DNA of 12,437 nt, from the IMG/VR virus record IMGVR_UViG_2671180415_000014; one strand, written 5' to 3'. The position numbers and the translations under genes were made by a program. This DNA is from a virus. Taxonomy: Duplodnaviria > Heunggongvirae > Uroviricota > Caudoviricetes. Positions 1 through 6,768 of the stretch are shown here, piece by piece. How positions within the stretch are numbered: the first letter of the stretch is position 1; each line of letters begins with the position of its first letter. The notes under the pieces are model-generated. The model was not told the DNA's origin. It was given only the letters and a program-made list of their open reading frames with translations, and did no database searches.

Positions 1-201
1 CTACATATAGTGCTATATACAGGGCTATATAACGATATATAGATGCTTGGTCACATGGTGTAACTATCAAACCACTTAACAATTTCCTACGTGAAAGTTA
101 GAAAGTGATGGTTACAGTTACCCTCCTAAAATCTTCATAGTTGATTCGGTTAGTTGGGCTTGTACCAACCCCTAATCAACCTCATAGCTCCTTCATAACC
201 A

Positions 202-227
202 GTCTTAAAAGGACTTCCTTTTGAGAC
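202..227. promoter_or_regulatory. 26-bp imperfect palindrome with 12-2-12 architecture (gtcttaaaagga-ct-tccttttgagac); candidate serine-recombinase crossover site or operator
   Basis: Read directly: the two 12-bp half-sites are reverse complements at 11 of 12 positions around a 2-bp centre, the same geometry as hix/gix/cix-type sites. Sequence similarity to canonical hix half-sites is only partial. Confidence 0.35.
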
Positions 228-232
228 ACTTT

Positions 233-262
233 CAACGTAACGGTAGAATGCACCCTCAAGTA
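233..262 (+). repeat. 30-bp direct repeat, copy 1 (caacgtaacggtagaatgcaccctcaagta), abutting the left edge of an N-masked block
   Basis: Exact 30/30 identity with 475-504. The copy ends exactly at the mask boundary, so the true repeat may be longer. Confidence 0.9.
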
Positions 263-474
263 NNNNNNNNNNNNNNNNNNNNNNNNNNNNNNNNNNNNNN
301 NNNNNNNNNNNNNNNNNNNNNNNNNNNNNNNNNNNNNNNNNNNNNNNNNNNNNNNNNNNNNNNNNNNNNNNNNNNNNNNNNNNNNNNNNNNNNNNNNNNN
401 NNNNNNNNNNNNNNNNNNNNNNNNNNNNNNNNNNNNNNNNNNNNNNNNNNNNNNNNNNNNNNNNNNNNNNNNNN

Positions 475-504
475 CAACGTAACGGTAGAATGCACCCTCA
501 AGTA
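475..504 (+). repeat. 30-bp direct repeat, copy 2, abutting the right edge of the N-masked block
   Basis: Exact identity with 233-262 at a 242-bp offset. Its left neighbour is masked, so the repeat may extend further. Confidence 0.9.
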
Positions 505-530
505 GTCTCAAAAGGTTGTTTTTGGATTAT
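505..530. promoter_or_regulatory. Second candidate recombination/operator site: a half-site (gtctcaaaagg) matching the 202-227 palindrome, followed by a degenerate partner half (tttttggattat)
   Basis: 505-515 is the exact reverse complement of 217-227. The partner half loosely resembles the GGTTTTTGATAA-type hix/gix half-site. It lies about 50 bp upstream of the recombinase start. Confidence 0.25.
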
Positions 531-566
531 GAGACAGCTAAGCTTATGAGACTAACTTTTGAGACT
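527..566 (+). repeat. Three direct copies of a tNtgagac motif (527-535, 545-553, 558-566) just upstream of the recombinase start
   Basis: Read directly. The same gagac/gtctc core occurs in the half-sites at 202-227 and 505-515. Possible protein-binding sites. Confidence 0.3.
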
Positions 567-581
567 TCTAAGGGGAACATT

Positions 582-1133
582 ATGGCGATACTTGGATATT
601 GCAGGGTGAGTACAGATGACCAATCCATCACTAACCAGCAAATGCAAATTGAAGAGGCAGGGTACAACATTGCTAAATGGTTCGCTGATGAAGCTGTCAG
701 TGGTTCTGTCAAAGCTTCTTTAAGAAACGGTTTCAGCAGTTTGTTAGCTTATGCACGAGAAGGTGACACCGTAGTTGTGGTAGCTGTAGACCGTCTTGGA
801 CGTGACACAATTGATGTGTTATCAACGGTTAAAGCGCTACAGGCTAAAGGTGTGACAGTTATCAGCCTTAGAGAAGGATTTGACTTATCAAGCGCTATGG
901 GTGAAGCAATGTTAGGCATTATGTCAACGTTGGCACAGCTTGAAAGAAGCTTGATAGCAGAGCGTAGAAAGGCTGGTATTGAACGTGCTAAAGCTGAAGG
1001 GGTACATATGGGAAGACCTGTAAAAGCTTCTTCAGAGGCTGTACAGATGCTTATTTCACAAGGTAAAACGAGGTTGCAGATTCAGGAAGAGCTAGGAATC
1101 TCTAGAGCAACTTATTACAGACTTGCTAAATAA
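582..1133 (+). CDS. Small serine recombinase, DNA invertase/resolvase family (Hin/Gin/Cin/Pin-like), 183 aa
   Basis: N-terminus MAILGYCRVSTDDQS carries the catalytic-serine motif; VDRLGRD motif present; C-terminal GRP...ISRATYYRLA matches the resolvase-type HTH. RBS aagggga sits 6-7 nt upstream of the ATG at 582. The six-frame ORF beginning at 516 is an upstream read-through. Confidence 0.85.
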   Translation: MAILGYCRVSTDDQSITNQQMQIEEAGYNIAKWFADEAVSGSVKASLRNGFSSLLAYAREGDTVVVVAVDRLGRDTIDVLSTVKALQAKGVTVISLREGFDLSSAMGEAMLGIMSTLAQLERSLIAERRKAGIERAKAEGVHMGRPVKASSEAVQMLISQGKTRLQIQEELGISRATYYRLAK

Positions 1134-1501
1134 GTTACTGAATAGTTACATGGATGTAGCTGATATTTGGCTTTTTTGCCAAGGGGGTCACATAGCTGGT
1201 GTGACGGGTACTAAACACGTATACATCATGAGGTAGATTCTACCGAATCAACTAGACAGATATTTTCGAAGATTCGGGGAAGATGAGATTCAAAGAGGGC
1301 TAGTCATTTTTTATAAAAATTTTCAGACTCTGAAAAGTTACTGTACAGAATATATACAGATATCTTTAAAGTATCTGTAAAAACTTTTAAGATAAAAGAT
1401 AGATATCCCAGAAAGGATATCCGTTTAGAAAACCTGTTAAGCATCTCTTAAAAGAGAGTAAACCTTGTCAAGAGTGATTGCAATAAAAATTTTTATTTCT
1501 T

Positions 1502-2164
1502 ATGTCAATTGAGCATATTTTAATCGGGAAGCATCATGGGGGTTCTGATTACTGGAGAACTCCATTTTTGTTATTTAAGAACTTACACCGTGAATTTATT
1601 TTCAGTCTAGATGGTGCTGCAACTGAGCATGACACGCTGTTACCACGATTCACCGATGATATAAGCCGTCAATCATGGGTTAGTGAAAAGGTCTTCTGTA
1701 ACCCGCCGTACAGCGATATTCCGTCGTTCCTCTTAAAAGCGTCTGAAGCGGATTTAGTAGCTTTCCTGATACCGCATAGAGCCAACACCAGCTACTGGCT
1801 TAGGCACATTTACAGCAATAACCACTGTCATGAAATCCGTATTCTTCATCGTGCAGTTAAATACCTTCCACCAGCAGGCCATAACGGGCTTACTATTCGT
1901 TCACCGTTTCCTAGTGCAGTCGTTGTTTTTAAAAAAGAACCACGTAAGCACGAAATTACACAGACGGTTTGCTGTGGTGACACGCTATTACCGTTAACCA
2001 TCATTAACAGAGGAGGCTTGAGAGGAAGACCCACCATTTACCCACCTGAGACGCTCGACAGCTTCATAAAACTATACAGGCAAGGAAAACCCATTAAGTG
2101 CATTGCAGATGCTCTCAGAATGCCTCTGAGCACGTCATACAGGATTGCTCAAAGGTTGAGCTAA
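1502..2164 (+). CDS. Phage-type DNA N6-adenine methyltransferase with a C-terminal resolvase-like HTH extension, 220 aa
   Basis: WRTP...FSLDGAAT...FCNPPYS contains the (D/N)PPY motif typical of small phage N6A methyltransferases. The C-terminal roughly 60 aa (GRPTIYPPETLDSFIKLYRQGKPIKCIADALRMPLSTSYRIAQRL) parallels the recombinase HTH (GRP...QGKT..IQEELGISRATYYRLA). No obvious Shine-Dalgarno before the ATG. Confidence 0.7.
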   Translation: MSIEHILIGKHHGGSDYWRTPFLLFKNLHREFIFSLDGAATEHDTLLPRFTDDISRQSWVSEKVFCNPPYSDIPSFLLKASEADLVAFLIPHRANTSYWLRHIYSNNHCHEIRILHRAVKYLPPAGHNGLTIRSPFPSAVVVFKKEPRKHEITQTVCCGDTLLPLTIINRGGLRGRPTIYPPETLDSFIKLYRQGKPIKCIADALRMPLSTSYRIAQRLS

Positions 2165-2546
2165 AATTCTCATAAATATGGTCATTTACAAGATAGGTGA
2201 TTCAGATATTAAGAAGTATCCCTGTGAACAATAAATGACCAATCAGTAATTATTCTGTGAAATAATTGTTGCAATTTATAATCACATCTGTTATAGTTTT
2301 TATATGGGGTGATAAAAGAACTCAGAACATTAAGAGGTTACAACGTTGGGAGGCGTCAGGGTATTGACAGATTTTCACGGCCTCTTATTCAATCAAGGCT
2401 TTTCCTTTTGCTGTTAATACTCGCGTAATCGCTCAGGCTTCTGAGTTCCTTTATCAGTCCATCTTCTAATTAATTCACTCCCTCTGGGGTTGGTCACTAT
2501 ACGTGGTCAGCCCTTTCTTTGTTTTATTTTTAAAAAGGAAAATATA

Positions 2547-3368
2547 ATGGAAAAATTCCACATGTTTGATGACCGTATTTATCAGATGACTAATGGCGTT
2601 AAAGCTGCCGACCGTATTATTTACACTGTCATGTTGAATGAACAAAAGTTTTATCACGATAAGGGGCAATATTATACCCCTTCATATGCTCATCTTGGTC
2701 AGTATGCTGGAATCACAAGAACATCCGTGATTGCATGTATGAAACAACTTGAGGCACATGGTTTAATCAAGAAAACTAACGTTGCAAGCAATCAGTGTGT
2801 TATTAAAGTTTATTCACTTGATGAAGTACCGGAGGTTTTAACAGAGCTTACAGCTAAGGAAGCCAGAAAGGCAAAGCTGGAGTCTAAAGTTACTCAGTCA
2901 GTCAAGAAAGATGACCCACTGAGTCAAAATTCTTTACCCACTGAGTCAAAATTTTTTACTCAGTCAGTCAAAATCTTTGACACGTATAATAACAGTAATA
3001 ACAAGAAAGAACTTATTAATAACAATAAAGAAGATGACTTTGAAGAAGAATATTTTAAGAAGGGAGCTTCGCTCTGTGATTCACATGAATGTGATTCTCT
3101 TGGTATTGAAGAGGCTATTAAAGAGACTGTTNNNNNNNNNNNNNNNNNNNNNNNNNNNNNNNNNNNNNNNNNNNNNNNNNNNNNNNNNNNNNNNNNNNNN
3201 NNNNNNNNNNNNNNNNNNNNNNNNNNNNNNNNNNNNNNNNNNNNNNNNNNNNNNNNNNNNNNNNNNNNNNNNNNNNNNNNNNNNNNNNNNNNNNNNNNNN
3301 NNNNNNNNNNNNNNNNNNNNNNNNNNNNNNNNNNNNNNNNNNNNNNNNNNNNNNNNNNNNNACTTTGA
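2547..3368 (+). CDS. Phage replication initiator (lambda O-like / replisome organizer) with winged-HTH N-terminal domain; 3' part N-masked
   Basis: RBS aaaaggaa then ATG at 2547. N-terminal domain with HTH-like segment YAHLGQYAGITRTSVIACMKQLEAHGLIKK. Iterons and an AT-rich tract lie inside the coding region as in lambda O. The frame runs into the mask at 3132-3361 and the in-frame stop is at 3366-3368; the true 3' end is uncertain. Confidence 0.6.
   Translation: MEKFHMFDDRIYQMTNGVKAADRIIYTVMLNEQKFYHDKGQYYTPSYAHLGQYAGITRTSVIACMKQLEAHGLIKKTNVASNQCVIKVYSLDEVPEVLTELTAKEARKAKLESKVTQSVKKDDPLSQNSLPTESKFFTQSVKIFDTYNNSNNKKELINNNKEDDFEEEYFKKGASLCDSHECDSLGIEEAIKETVXXXXXXXXXXXXXXXXXXXXXXXXXXXXXXXXXXXXXXXXXXXXXXXXXXXXXXXXXXXXXXXXXXXXXXXXXXXXXL
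2891..2978 (+). repeat. Four tandem 22-bp iterons (agtcaa core at 2900, 2922, 2944, 2966); putative replication origin
   Basis: Units tactcagtcagtcaagaaagat / gacccactgagtcaaaattctt / tacccactgagtcaaaattttt / tactcagtcagtcaaaatcttt, with an exact 22-bp period. Outer pair and inner pair are each near-identical. Confidence 0.8.
2979..3060 (+). promoter_or_regulatory. AT-rich tract immediately after the iterons; candidate DNA-unwinding element of the origin
   Basis: The run acacgtataataacagtaataacaagaaagaacttattaataacaataaagaagatgac is strongly A/T-rich and directly follows the iterons, the lambda ori-type arrangement. Confidence 0.5.
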
Positions 3369-3474
3369 TGATAGTGACGATGATTTTACTTTTACACCAA
3401 AAAAGAAAACTCACACCGAGCCAAAGAAAGAAAAAGTTAAAGTCAGACGTGTTTATGGTGGAGGAATGTTTTAA
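3362..3474 (+). CDS. 3' end of a coding frame emerging from the masked block (FDDSDDDFTFTPKKKTHTEPKKEKVKVRRVYGGGMF); either the C-terminus of the initiator or a gene starting inside the mask
   Basis: Open in frame +1 relative to the initiator frame. Its stop TAA overlaps the next ATG (TAATG at 3472-3476), typical translational coupling. The start is hidden by the mask. Confidence 0.35.
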
Positions 3475-3770
3475 TGAAAACTTATAATGGCGAGAGAAAA
3501 TACCGTGACTATTTACTCAGACGTTACAGCATTTCTCGTGAAGGTTACTTGATGAAAGATACTCACGGGGAAGTTTACCGGATTCGACCGAAGAAAGAAG
3601 GGAGGGATTATTATTTCGTCGATGATGTGACAGATTTAAAGATTGACGCTTTGAAGTTTGCGGTGCTGTATCATTACGATTTATGGGATTCAGTCCACCA
3701 GCTACGATTAAAAGACGGTGACCCCGGTAATCTGAGGGCCACCAATATTATCAAGGGAAAGTGCCGGTAA
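3474..3770 (+). CDS. Hypothetical protein, 98 aa
   Basis: ATG overlaps the upstream stop; ggtggagga lies 8 nt upstream. No family recognised by eye. Confidence 0.5.
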   Translation: MKTYNGERKYRDYLLRRYSISREGYLMKDTHGEVYRIRPKKEGRDYYFVDDVTDLKIDALKFAVLYHYDLWDSVHQLRLKDGDPGNLRATNIIKGKCR

Positions 3771-3779
3771 GGCCACCAG

Positions 3780-3956
3780 CTATTTATTTACTGAAATCTC
3801 TATCTCAACACGAAGAAGTTTAAGTCGAATTGTAAGCTTTGTCTTTTTTGTAATGACTCGATTCATAACGCAAAACACCAATAGCACAATAAATACCGCA
3901 AAGCCCAACGAGCTAAAACGATGAGATTCAATAATTGCTGTGAAAAAATCATGCAT
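3780..3956 (-). CDS. Small single-pass membrane protein, 58 aa, on the opposite strand
   Basis: Minus-strand ATG at 3954-3956 preceded by aaaggaaa. Hydrophobic stretch LGFAVFIVLLVFCVM followed by basic residues. Convergent with the upstream plus-strand gene. The longer ORF to 3986 would need a GTG start. Confidence 0.4.
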   Translation of the reverse strand: MHDFFTAIIESHRFSSLGFAVFIVLLVFCVMNRVITKKTKLTIRLKLLRVEIEISVNK

Positions 3957-4093
3957 TAATTTTCCTTTTGTGAAAGGAAACAGCACCTGTATCAGCCCCT
4001 ACAACCATAGTATCATGTAAATGAGGTACTGACAATATGTTAAATAGATGTTAAGATTGTAGTATGAGTAAGAGATTTAAGGAGATTTTTACA

Positions 4094-4384
4094 ATGACTC
4101 ACACAGTTACGCGCCTTTTGCCAGAGGCATTTGAACGACTGGCAGCAATCAAAGCCAAATATCCCGATATGAAGCACACAGCGCTTGTTGGGGAGATTTT
4201 AAAAGAGTCGGTAAACCTTAGCCCTTTCGATAACGTTAAGGGCGTCGCAGAGGGTTCTAAGGCCATCAGAATCACAACGGGCCAACTGGAACTACTCAAA
4301 GCACAGTCCGCAGTAGCAGGTTGCTCAATGATTCAGGTGTTAAGCGCTAAGGTCCATCAACTGGCGGATAGATTGGAGGTTTAA
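4094..4384 (+). CDS. Hypothetical protein, 96 aa (possible small DNA-binding regulator)
   Basis: Strong RBS taaggag 9 nt upstream of the ATG at 4094; stop overlaps the next start. The sequence is faintly ribbon-helix-helix-like, which is a weak impression only. Confidence 0.5.
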   Translation: MTHTVTRLLPEAFERLAAIKAKYPDMKHTALVGEILKESVNLSPFDNVKGVAEGSKAIRITTGQLELLKAQSAVAGCSMIQVLSAKVHQLADRLEV

Positions 4385-4605
4385 TGTGTTATAGGTTCCA
4401 ATATTCCACACTTGGCCGCCACCTAATCAGACAGAATTTAGCAGATGCTGAATTTGAAGATGTGACCCTCAAAGCAAACAAACGATTAAAACCCTCTCAA
4501 ATCCACCAGCTTAAACACGAATTAAAGCCACTGGTAATACTCGACTATAACGACCCTGAACAGCTTGAGCAGGGAATTAAGCTTATTTCTGAATGGGGTG
4601 CTTGA
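4384..4605 (+). CDS. Hypothetical protein, 73 aa
   Basis: TAATG stop/start overlap with the upstream gene, preceded by ggagg. Its stop TGA overlaps the next ATG at 4605. Confidence 0.45.
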   Translation: MCYRFQYSTLGRHLIRQNLADAEFEDVTLKANKRLKPSQIHQLKHELKPLVILDYNDPEQLEQGIKLISEWGA

Positions 4606-4847
4606 TGAAAACNNNNNNNNNNNNNNNNNNNNNNNNNNNNNNNNNNNNNNNNNNNNNNNNNNNNNNNNNNNNNNNNNNNNNNNNNNNNNNNNNNNNNNNN
4701 NNNNNNNNNNNNNNNNNNNNNNNNNNNNNNNNNNNNNNNNNNNNNNNNNNNNNNNNNNNNNNNNNNNNNNNNNNNNNNNNNNNNNNNNNNNNNNNNNNNN
4801 NNNNNNNNNNNNNNNNNNNNNNNNNNNNNNNNNNNNAACGTTTTTAA
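4605..4847 (+). CDS. Hypothetical protein, about 80 aa, almost entirely N-masked
   Basis: ATGA overlap with the upstream stop (4603-4607). The frame exits the mask and stops at 4845-4847. Content cannot be assessed. Confidence 0.3.
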   Translation: MKXXXXXXXXXXXXXXXXXXXXXXXXXXXXXXXXXXXXXXXXXXXXXXXXXXXXXXXXXXXXXXXXXXXXXXXXXXXXRF

Positions 4848-4939
4848 GCCCCTAATCAGGGTAACTTAGGGAATCGCCTTAAGTGGTCTAAAAAAGGGGT
4901 TAAAACGTCTTAGAATGCGATACAGGAAGGATTTTAAAA

Positions 4940-5245
4940 ATGAATTACCCAATGCAAATTATGGTTGACCAAGAAACCATGAATTGGTTGATTGACCTGA
5001 ACAGGTCGGGCTTTAATATCTATTTCATGCATTGTTTTGAAGCGTCAACGTATATTGACAAGCATATAATCAACGAAATTAAACTTGGTGACTATGTTCA
5101 CAAGCTGGAAGTAACAGACCCATACAATAAGCGCTTTATCATTGAAGAGTGCAATCGACTTGATTTAAGCCCTGAGCAATTATTGAAGCTGAATGTATTC
5201 TTGACCTATCAGAATGAATTAAACCCTTACAGCGAGGTGATGTAA
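4940..5245 (+). CDS. Hypothetical protein, 101 aa
   Basis: RBS aggaagg 9 nt upstream of the ATG at 4940. No family recognised. Confidence 0.5.
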   Translation: MNYPMQIMVDQETMNWLIDLNRSGFNIYFMHCFEASTYIDKHIINEIKLGDYVHKLEVTDPYNKRFIIEECNRLDLSPEQLLKLNVFLTYQNELNPYSEVM

Positions 5246-5322
5246 TGACACTCGTTATTCTCTGGATGACTTTAGGGTTATTTGTTGGTTGCTGGGTAGG
5301 TAATACGGTAAATAAGAATTGA
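5245..5322 (+). CDS. Very small hydrophobic peptide, 25 aa (MTLVILWMTLGLFVGCWVGNTVNKN)
   Basis: TAATG overlap with the upstream stop; gaggtg lies 5 nt upstream. A single hydrophobic helix-length segment. Too short for the supplied ORF track. Confidence 0.3.
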   Translation: MTLVILWMTLGLFVGCWVGNTVNKN

Positions 5323-5346
5323 TGTTACCAATCTGTTAAAAAGCTG

Positions 5347-5375
5347 TTGACAAATAACCTTAAGCATGAGATGAT
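5347..5375 (+). promoter_or_regulatory. Candidate sigma70-type promoter (TTGACA, 17-bp spacer, GATGAT)
   Basis: Perfect -35 hexamer at 5347-5352 and a 4/6 -10 at 5370-5375, in the intergenic gap upstream of the gene that starts within or near the next mask. Confidence 0.3.
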
Positions 5376-5382
5376 GGTAATA

Positions 5383-5399
5383 GGGAAGAGCAACTCTTC
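5383..5399. promoter_or_regulatory. 17-bp perfect palindrome ggaagag-caa-ctcttcc just downstream of the putative -10; candidate operator
   Basis: Read directly: 7-bp arms are exact reverse complements around a 3-bp centre. Confidence 0.3.
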
Positions 5400-5756
5400 C
5401 TGAATTAAACTATTAATCATTCTACATCAATGATAGTTATTCTGAAAGGTGCAATGCTTTTCGCTACATGACCTTTCAGGTNNNNNNNNNNNNNNNNNNN
5501 NNNNNNNNNNNNNNNNNNNNNNNNNNNNNNNNNNNNNNNNNNNNNNNNNNNNNNNNNNNNNNNNNNNNNNNNNNNNNNNNNNNNNNNNNNNNNNNNNNNN
5601 NNNNNNNNNNNNNNNNNNNNNNNNNNNNNNNNNNNNNNNNNNNNNNNNNNNNNNNNNNNNNNNNNNNNNNNNNNNNNNNNNNNNNNNNNNNNNNNNNNNN
5701 NNNNNNNNNNNNNNNNNNNNNNNNNNNNNNNNNNNNNNNNNNNNNNNNNNNNNNNN

Positions 5757-6439
5757 AAGTGATTGATAGCTTCAGTGACTGGTCGCCACAGACTGAACAT
5801 CCAGCTATCACTATTCAGCGTAAAGAGCATGACAAGCGTATTGAGCTTGAGCAATCGCTAAAGATGTCACCAAAAACAACCATCTTTGTGTCTCCTGAGC
5901 CTCAAGAGATGCCTGATATTTGCAAGAGTGAAGCATTACTTGAGCTTGAAAAGAAATATTACCAACTGCTGAAAGAACAGCGCCTTAGATTAGATGACGC
6001 TTACAGCAAAGTTACCTTGATGCAATCAGCTATTGAGCCGTCAGAATTTGAGATTCAGGATGAATTGTCACAGAAACCATTTGTCTATTACCAATACGAA
6101 GATAATGATGGTTTTGGTACTTTTCAAGAAAACGTCGCAGCCGTGATTAGTAGTCTTCCTGCTGGACATCGAATTGTGAAGATGGTTAAGGCATCAAGAG
6201 GTGCTGGTCAGTTTATTTACATGACTAATAAGAGCGATGAAGAACTCGCTGAAATTGCTAGACAGAACATCTTGGCATCACGTAACAAGCAACTTGATAA
6301 TGTTAAGTTGTATCTCTCAAGAGAGCTTCAGGCTATGAAAGAGCTTGTGAAAGAATATGAAGATGCTAAGAAGATTGCTATGCAGGCTGATATTGAGCAG
6401 CTTACGAAGATTTCTAGCAAATATGCAAAGGCTATTTAA
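5757..6439 (+). CDS. Hypothetical phage protein; only the C-terminal 227 aa are visible, the start is in or before the masked block 5482-5756
   Basis: Long open frame with coding-like composition ending at TAA 6437-6439. First gene after the putative promoter. No family recognised. Confidence 0.55.
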
Positions 6440-6463
6440 TTAATAATTAAAAGGTGGTGGTGA

Positions 6464-6670
6464 ATGATTGATTTAACAGAACGCTATGAGCTTATTAAAG
6501 CAATTAGTGAACGATTGAAAGAACAACCCAACAAACCAAAACGAATCAAATCATTCACCTCCTCTAAGCAAAAGAATAGAATCAGGAAAATAGCTAAGTG
6601 GTGTCTTGATAAATTACCAAGTGATTGTCAGATTGTTGGTGAAGATGGTAATTATTATCTGGTTAGGTAA
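6464..6670 (+). CDS. Hypothetical protein, 68 aa
   Basis: RBS aggtgg 6 nt upstream of the ATG at 6464. Basic, lysine-rich middle region. Confidence 0.45.
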   Translation: MIDLTERYELIKAISERLKEQPNKPKRIKSFTSSKQKNRIRKIAKWCLDKLPSDCQIVGEDGNYYLVR

Positions 6671-6768
6671 CAAGATTGGTTGGGTGAAAATCTACGGGAG
6701 AGATTATCGAGTGATATCGGTAGTCTTTCCCTTTTTCGTATATGAACACTTAAAGAGGTGAAACATGA

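Noticed and set aside
233-504. CRISPR mini-array: 30-bp direct repeats whose 242-bp spacing would fit four repeat-spacer units of about 60.5 bp
   Set aside because: Only two copies are visible, the repeat has no internal dyad symmetry, there are no cas genes in the window, and the repeats sit beside recombinase-site-like palindromes. The array interpretation cannot be supported while the interior is masked; it is recorded as a possibility to test, not a call.
182-511. ORFs spanning the first masked block (182-511 minus, 221-505 plus, 256-501 minus)
   Set aside because: They are almost entirely masked residues; the visible ends are translations of the direct repeat and palindrome. There is no evidence of coding.
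505-530. Canonical hix/gix crossover site
   Set aside because: Only one half-site matches the 202-227 palindrome well. The partner half is degenerate and the central region does not match the AAAACC-NN-GGTTTT core of known sites. Kept as a low-confidence candidate only.
516-581. N-terminal extension of the recombinase (ORF-track start at 516)
   Set aside because: The extension translates the repeat and site region, has no RBS, and the conserved serine-recombinase N-terminus begins at the ATG at 582, which has a good RBS.
1166-1182. Intrinsic terminator after the recombinase gene
   Set aside because: The stem is only 5 bp and AT-rich, and the T-run is in the loop rather than following the stem, so it is not a convincing terminator.
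2977-3131. Upstream part of ORF 2977-3474 (MTRIITVITRKNLL...)
   Set aside because: It is an out-of-frame reading of the AT-rich origin tract within the initiator gene. Only the post-mask part (3362-3474) looks like genuine coding.
1846-4299. Short antisense ORFs 1846-2037, 2475-2669 and 4099-4299 on the minus strand
   Set aside because: They lie antisense within or across better-supported plus-strand genes and have no RBS or recognisable motifs.
6464-6768. Tail assembly chaperone pair with -1 programmed frameshift upstream of the tape measure
   Set aside because: The upstream gene is only 68 aa, there is no slippery heptamer near its end, and no extended overlapping frame leads toward the tape-measure gene.
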